Source of the DNA: a virus
Length of the DNA stretch: 37,431 nt
Strand: one strand, 5' to 3'
IMG/VR virus record: IMGVR_UViG_3300002091_000013
Location: 1 to 37,431 of that record
Part shown: one piece after another, positions 32,533 to 37,431 of the stretch
Position numbering within the stretch: the first letter of the stretch is position 1
How the letters are laid out: every line of letters begins with the position of its first letter
Translations under genes and position numbers: made by a program
The notes under the pieces: model-generated
The model's database searches: none
What the model saw: the letters and a program-made list of their open reading frames with translations, nothing else
Told to the model about the DNA's origin: nothing

Positions 32533-32793
32533 ATGAACACTGATTCACAAGTTTTATATCTAGGTCGATTCGTTTCACGTGAATACTTTTGTGCGTTTGT
32601 TTATAACAGCACAGGACAGAAGCTTGTCAAAAGTTATGATGAATTTAGTACGCTTATATCCAGTGGGGTTTGGTTTGCTGAACAGAAGGACATCCCAGAG
32701 CCTAAAGTTGACAAAGAATCTGAAGAAGTTGACAAAGTAATTCAGATGGAGCCCAAGCGGAGACGTAAATGTCAGAGCCAACAACAACAGTAA
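32533..32793 (+). CDS. Hypothetical protein, 86 aa
   Basis: Internal Met of track ORF 32476..32793, with RBS GAGAGG. The upstream part of the track ORF is the hairpin region. Confidence 0.5.
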   Translation: MNTDSQVLYLGRFVSREYFCAFVYNSTGQKLVKSYDEFSTLISSGVWFAEQKDIPEPKVDKESEEVDKVIQMEPKRRRKCQSQQQQ

Positions 32794-33500
32794 GACAGTT
32801 TATTGCGGATGCTTATCAGCTTATTAGTGCTAACTCTCCCAATACAACTTTACCAGGAAGAACCCAGACGCAAGGCTTGAAGATCATAAATGTTCTTCTC
32901 AGCCAGTACAGCGCGAATGGTCTCATGATTACTGTTGAAAAACAGGTGGATTACACGATAGGCATTGGCCAACAGTTCGTGACATTCGGCTCACCTGACT
33001 ATACACCTACCCCAGATATTACATCCGAAGGTAGATTAGCCTTACTTTACAATGCGTGGCTAACATTGGATGGGGTTACGTACCCATTGATTGACGAAAA
33101 ACGTACAGAATTTTATTCAAGCTATAAATATGAACCGCTTTCTGGACTTCCCAGATATATTGTTGTTGTGCCCCAAACAAATCTGACAACTTGCCAGATA
33201 TTCCCATCACCCAGCCAGGTGTACGAATTGTCTTTTTATGGCAAGTTTCAGTTGTTTAAGCTCACACTAAACGATGACTTATCTGAGTTGCCAACTTATT
33301 ATGAGCTTTTCTTCCAGTACGCTACGGCTAAATACTTAGCTTATTCCACAGGTAGAGCCTCAGCATGGACAGAAGAACTCGAAGCTACATACCGTGAATT
33401 GCAGCAAGATGTAGTAGCTGTAACACCCATGAATCTAGACATTAACATCAACCAAGAAAGCTGGTTGAACGGTGCTTGGCGCGTTAGAGCGGGGATATAA
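32769..33500 (+). CDS. Virion protein, 243 aa (possible adaptor or tail-tubular-A-like, by position)
   Basis: Synteny only: capsid gene, then a small gene, then a ~240-aa gene, then a ~600-aa gene. Confidence 0.5.
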   Translation: MSEPTTTVRQFIADAYQLISANSPNTTLPGRTQTQGLKIINVLLSQYSANGLMITVEKQVDYTIGIGQQFVTFGSPDYTPTPDITSEGRLALLYNAWLTLDGVTYPLIDEKRTEFYSSYKYEPLSGLPRYIVVVPQTNLTTCQIFPSPSQVYELSFYGKFQLFKLTLNDDLSELPTYYELFFQYATAKYLAYSTGRASAWTEELEATYRELQQDVVAVTPMNLDININQESWLNGAWRVRAGI

Positions 33501-33502
33501 CT

Positions 33503-35314
33503 ATGCCCGTAAAAGAGTTGCCTATATTTACCTACTACGACGTACAGCGATTCAAACAATTCAGTCCGCAAGATTGCGCGAACTGGTATTTGGTTAGTGC
33601 GCCTACAGGTAAACGAAAGATGGCAATGTACCCATGTATGGGTAGGAAGCACATTCAGAACGTTAATGGCATCAATGTATTAAACTTTGACGTACAACCA
33701 CGCCGAATATATAAGTCTATCGACTTTATGTATGTCATCGTATCAAGCACAGTTTATAAGGTTAATAGCACTTTTACAGCTATCCCATTGGTTAATGCTG
33801 ACTTCACGCAAGATGCTGGGTTTTTGTCATTTGATTATCTGCCACTGGTTCAAGCTGCTGGAAGTACCTCGCAAACGCAAGCTGTATTTGTTGGGATATC
33901 AGATGGCGTACATTTCTATATCATCAATGAGAATGACAATAGCTTTACAACAATTACTGATCCAAATACTCCAGCTAACCCAAGAGTAGTTAAAGCATTT
34001 GGGAATAGATTTGCGGTTTCTAGTGCCAATAGTACTGAATTTCGTTTAACACAGATTAACTGTTATGACACAGTAACGGCAGGATTTAATGCGGCAACTT
34101 TATTTACGGTTCCAGGCCAAGGCGGAAAAGCGGTCTTTGCTCAGGAAAACGGTATCATCAAACAGATGGTCGTCCTCCACAATACGCTTTATATCTTCTC
34201 GGATTTTGAGTGTGGCATTTGGTCTAACATTCCAAGTACAACCGCCTCAAACACAAGTGCTTCTTCGGCCAGCATATTCCCATGGAAGAAAAATACATCC
34301 TTAAACTGGGATTATGGGATTGCTGATCCTGATTCAATCGACGTAGATTTCGGTCGCATGTGCTGGCTCGCTCAGAATAGGAATGGATTAGTCCAGTTCA
34401 TGACATCTGATGGACAAATGCCTAAGCCTATCTCTACGCAAGCGATCAATGTTCTATTACAGCGCACAGCAAACGCAGGCTTAGCAAATCAATTCTTATT
34501 AAATGCGTTTGGCTTCATGTATCAGTACGAAGATACTATTTTTTATCGCGTATCTTCTGGCGTTCCTGCTGAGAATGGTGAATTGTTATATGATTCTGCT
34601 GGCTGTATCGAATATAACTTTGATACGGGGACATGGGAACGTTGTATTGAAGTTGATGGAGATAGAAACATCATTCAAGATCATGTTTTCTTCGCGCAAA
34701 AGCATATTGTTACGGCTATTGGGCAAGCTAGTCTGTATGAAATGGCTGGGAACATTTACATTAATGAGATTCGTAACCCAGATCAGACCAATCCATTGGC
34801 AACCGACGCATTTATTGCTTATCCAATGCGATATGAACTGACCACATCCATAATATCAGAGGAATTTTATCAAGAATTTAAGACAAACTGGGTGCAAATC
34901 GACTTTGTTTGGGGTGAGCAAACCTTCATTAACAGTGATGCTCCCTTTACTAATACTGTATTTATCGTTACGCAAGAATCAACAGATGCCAATCCAATCT
35001 ACGTGGTCGCAGAAGATGGCGTTACGTTTGTTATTGCTGAGAATGGCAATACTCCAGTGCTTGATGAAACTACTTACAATGCGTTATTTAAACCACATAT
35101 TGAACTATTTGTCTCCGATGACGGCGGTATTACGTTCTATACTGTCGATAATCTTGAATTTAGTCAGTTAGGAGTCTACTCCTGGCGTATGAGATGGTAT
35201 CAATGCGGGCTGTCTCGGAATAGGGTTTATAACTTGGTGTGTGTGAGCCCTTCTCCTATTGTGGTACTCGGTGCTATCCATGAAACAGATGTGGTCAGTG
35301 GAGGAGCATATTAA
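33503..35314 (+). CDS. Virion protein, 603 aa (possible tail-tubular-B/nozzle-like, by position)
   Basis: Synteny only. Confidence 0.5.
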   Translation: MPVKELPIFTYYDVQRFKQFSPQDCANWYLVSAPTGKRKMAMYPCMGRKHIQNVNGINVLNFDVQPRRIYKSIDFMYVIVSSTVYKVNSTFTAIPLVNADFTQDAGFLSFDYLPLVQAAGSTSQTQAVFVGISDGVHFYIINENDNSFTTITDPNTPANPRVVKAFGNRFAVSSANSTEFRLTQINCYDTVTAGFNAATLFTVPGQGGKAVFAQENGIIKQMVVLHNTLYIFSDFECGIWSNIPSTTASNTSASSASIFPWKKNTSLNWDYGIADPDSIDVDFGRMCWLAQNRNGLVQFMTSDGQMPKPISTQAINVLLQRTANAGLANQFLLNAFGFMYQYEDTIFYRVSSGVPAENGELLYDSAGCIEYNFDTGTWERCIEVDGDRNIIQDHVFFAQKHIVTAIGQASLYEMAGNIYINEIRNPDQTNPLATDAFIAYPMRYELTTSIISEEFYQEFKTNWVQIDFVWGEQTFINSDAPFTNTVFIVTQESTDANPIYVVAEDGVTFVIAENGNTPVLDETTYNALFKPHIELFVSDDGGITFYTVDNLEFSQLGVYSWRMRWYQCGLSRNRVYNLVCVSPSPIVVLGAIHETDVVSGGAY

Positions 35315-35763
35315 TGTTGTTTCTTGAGCGTATTGATGGAGTGCCGTTAGCGGGGAACGACGACCTAACCTTTGAAATTCAACGGTGGATGGTACTTCTT
35401 GTTGACACACTAAACACCATATTAGAAACAATTGAACCATTGTTGATCGATCCTATAGTCGTTACTGATACGAGCCAAGATGTACAGTCAAACACAAAAT
35501 ATATACCAACTAATGCTGCTTTAACATCTTTCCAACTTCCAGATACTTGTGAAGTAGGGGATGTGGTTGAAATAGTAGGCCAAGGCGCAGGCGGTTGGAG
35601 TTTACTCGTAGGAACGGGTCAAACAATTAAATTGGCGGCTTCGAGTGCTGCGGTAAGCATCGCATCAGCCGAGCGTTATGACGCTATTTCGATTACTTGC
35701 GTCGTACAAGATACAACGTGGGTCGTTACAAGTTATGTATCGACTGGTTTAGTTATAACGTGA
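35314..35763 (+). CDS. Virion protein, 149 aa, with GAGGW C-terminal domain
   Basis: VGDVVEIVGQGAGGWSLLVGTGQTIK...YDAISITCV...W is paralogous to the C-terminus of the 3590..4189 product. Confidence 0.6.
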   Translation: MLFLERIDGVPLAGNDDLTFEIQRWMVLLVDTLNTILETIEPLLIDPIVVTDTSQDVQSNTKYIPTNAALTSFQLPDTCEVGDVVEIVGQGAGGWSLLVGTGQTIKLAASSAAVSIASAERYDAISITCVVQDTTWVVTSYVSTGLVIT

Positions 35764-35771
35764 GGTGAATT

Positions 35772-36413
35772 ATGAGCTGGTTATCACAATTGTTCCATCC
35801 AGGTCGTGGTTACGACAAAGCAAAACAAGACACGCAAGATGCTTATAATAAAGCTAACGGTCGCCTAGATACTTATTCTCAGGGTGGTGCCGATGCTAAT
35901 GATAAGTTGAATAAGCTATTCGAAGCGCTGTCTAACCCAGGAAAATTAACAGATGAATGGGGAAAAGGCTACAAAGAGAGCGACTATGCTAAGCAGTTAG
36001 GTCAAAGCTCTATTGATAAAGGCTTAAATGCTGCCGGCAGTATGGGTTTAATGGGCTCTAGTGCTGCTTTAAATAATATCCAAGAAGAAGGTTCGGATAT
36101 CGTAGCTAAAGACCGACAAAGTTATATGAATGACATGATGACTAAGTATTTGGCTAGCCTAGGTATTGCTACGAATCAATTCAATACAGGCGCTGATGCT
36201 GCCGGAAAACAATCACAAAATGATATGACCCAAGGTACAACTAACGCAAACCTGGACTTCGGTAAATATAACTCTGGTCCCAATATGATTACCGGCGGCA
36301 TGTCTGCAATAATGAAACTGATTGAGTCTCTTACTGGTGGCGGTGGCGGCGGCGGCAAAAATGGTAACTACGGTGGCGGCATGTATGTTCCACCAAGTGG
36401 CGGAGGGTATTAA
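35772..36413 (+). CDS. Hypothetical virion protein, 213 aa, with Gly-rich C-terminus
   Basis: Ends in TGGGGGGGKNGNYGGGMYVPPSGGGY. Function unknown. Confidence 0.55.
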   Translation: MSWLSQLFHPGRGYDKAKQDTQDAYNKANGRLDTYSQGGADANDKLNKLFEALSNPGKLTDEWGKGYKESDYAKQLGQSSIDKGLNAAGSMGLMGSSAALNNIQEEGSDIVAKDRQSYMNDMMTKYLASLGIATNQFNTGADAAGKQSQNDMTQGTTNANLDFGKYNSGPNMITGGMSAIMKLIESLTGGGGGGGKNGNYGGGMYVPPSGGGY

Positions 36414-36415
36414 TC

Positions 36416-37431
36416 ATGGGAATTAGCGGATTGATTCCTCAAACCAAGATGCCTATTGATAACTTCAATAATCAGTTTGAGCAGTTAATGCAACAAATAG
36501 CTCGTCATCGCCAAACGAATAACCAAGAGCGTCAACTTGAAGATACAGCCAAGTTCCACGCCCAAGATTTGGCTTTACGGCAAGCTGCCGGTAGACGTGC
36601 CGAACAGCAGATGGACCCAATGTACAAAGTCAATCAACTGAAAGCCATGATGAAAGGTTTGCAGGATATGGCTAATGGAACTACCCCAGATGAAAATAAT
36701 GCCCCACAAGATAGCGGGAACATGGGGAACCAGGGAACAGCTGCTCCAGGAATGCCTCCATTAGCACCTGATAACAGTGGTAATCCAGGTGTTTCAGCTG
36801 AAGGCCCTGGATTTATACCAGAAGGACAAAGCCCATTTGTAGGTCGTGCTGGTTATAAGCCACCGAAAAAGGGAACACATCCCATGGATCAAGAAGTCAT
36901 GCCCGGCATTACCTTAGAAGATGTTGCTCGTCATGCGTTTGGATTGCCTGCTAAGTCTACAAAAGAAACGCCAGAACAAAGACAAGCACGTGATATCGAA
37001 ACGAATCAAGCGAAACTAGAACAGAAAGCCGCGTATGATCAACAACAAGCCGAACAAAAGGAAGTTAAAGCAGTTGAGAAAGATATCCCAACGCTCCATG
37101 AATCTATCAAAGGCGTACAGGATTTACTGAAGATTGCTAAGGAAAACCCTGATATGTTTGGCCATGGTTTTATGCCTGATCGCTACGCCAAAACTAGCAA
37201 GAACAAGAACTTCGGTACTTGGCAGAACTTAATTGCTGACAGAATTGCAGGCCTTGAGTCTAAACTATCATCGCGCGGTAACATCGTAGCACTGAAGATG
37301 GCATCTCAATTGAAACCGAGTCATGCTGATCAACAACAAGTCGCTGTTGGAAAGCTCGAATCAATGCTAGGCCAATTACAACGACAACTGCAAACTTCCA
37401 TGAAGAAAACAGGCAAGATGGGTGGCGAAGT
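36416..37431 (+). CDS. Junction-spanning virion protein gene (5' part; total 370 aa when joined to 1..198)
   Basis: ATG at 36416 right after the upstream TAA. The frame is open to the window end and continuous with 1..198 through the 101-bp overlap. Confidence 0.65.
   Translation, partial: MGISGLIPQTKMPIDNFNNQFEQLMQQIARHRQTNNQERQLEDTAKFHAQDLALRQAAGRRAEQQMDPMYKVNQLKAMMKGLQDMANGTTPDENNAPQDSGNMGNQGTAAPGMPPLAPDNSGNPGVSAEGPGFIPEGQSPFVGRAGYKPPKKGTHPMDQEVMPGITLEDVARHAFGLPAKSTKETPEQRQARDIETNQAKLEQKAAYDQQQAEQKEVKAVEKDIPTLHESIKGVQDLLKIAKENPDMFGHGFMPDRYAKTSKNKNFGTWQNLIADRIAGLESKLSSRGNIVALKMASQLKPSHADQQQVAVGKLESMLGQLQRQLQTSMKKTGKMGGE
37331..37431. repeat. Terminal overlap copy 2 (identical to 1..101)
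   Basis: Same 101 bases as 1..101. Confidence 0.95.

Noticed and set aside
1-37431. Temperate lifestyle or prophage (integrase, CI repressor, att sites), and tRNA genes
   Set aside because: No tyrosine or serine recombinase motifs, no CI-like repressor and no cloverleaf-like sequences were recognised by eye. Their absence is not proven without tRNAscan or HMM searches.

Overview
The window is a complete tailed dsDNA phage genome of about 37,330 bp. Bases 1-101 repeat exactly at 37331-37431, so the contig is circular or terminally redundant, and one virion gene (36416..37431 plus 1..198) spans the junction. The genes form four blocks arranged as two divergent pairs. (i) A long rightward late block runs from 24510 through the junction to 10391. 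It encodes terS, an ORF-free 355-nt gap, terL, portal, scaffold, major capsid, tail/ejection proteins, a multi-gene fibre cluster, a GH24 endolysin and a VRR-NUC nuclease. (ii) A leftward replication/recombination block (16405 down to 10366) encodes a Sak4-type ATPase, an HNH endonuclease, a DUF669/SSB-like protein, a Cas4-like nuclease and an SF2 helicase. (iii) A rightward early block (16519-21922) encodes a Cro-like HTH protein, many small ORFs, a Toprim-VirE primase, an iteron-rich putative origin and a cold-shock protein. (iv) A leftward early block (24344 down to 21899) holds small translationally coupled genes, including a Lar-like protein and a CsrA homologue. I did not recognise an integrase, DNA polymerase, RNA polymerase, tRNA or CRISPR array. 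The signals most worth follow-up are these: a 48-aa repeat in the giant fibre gene that is identical in protein but synonymously recoded in 31 of 48 codons; the phage CsrA homologue convergent with a Csp gene; a GTTACGCC iteron/(ATA)9 origin-like region abutting the primase gene; one ~50-bp palindromic promoter/operator module reused at both divergent control regions with compensatory half-site changes; the 355-nt ORF-free region inside the packaging module; and several micro-ORFs below the ORF-track cutoff, two with lipoboxes. All functional calls come from motif reading by eye. No database search was run.
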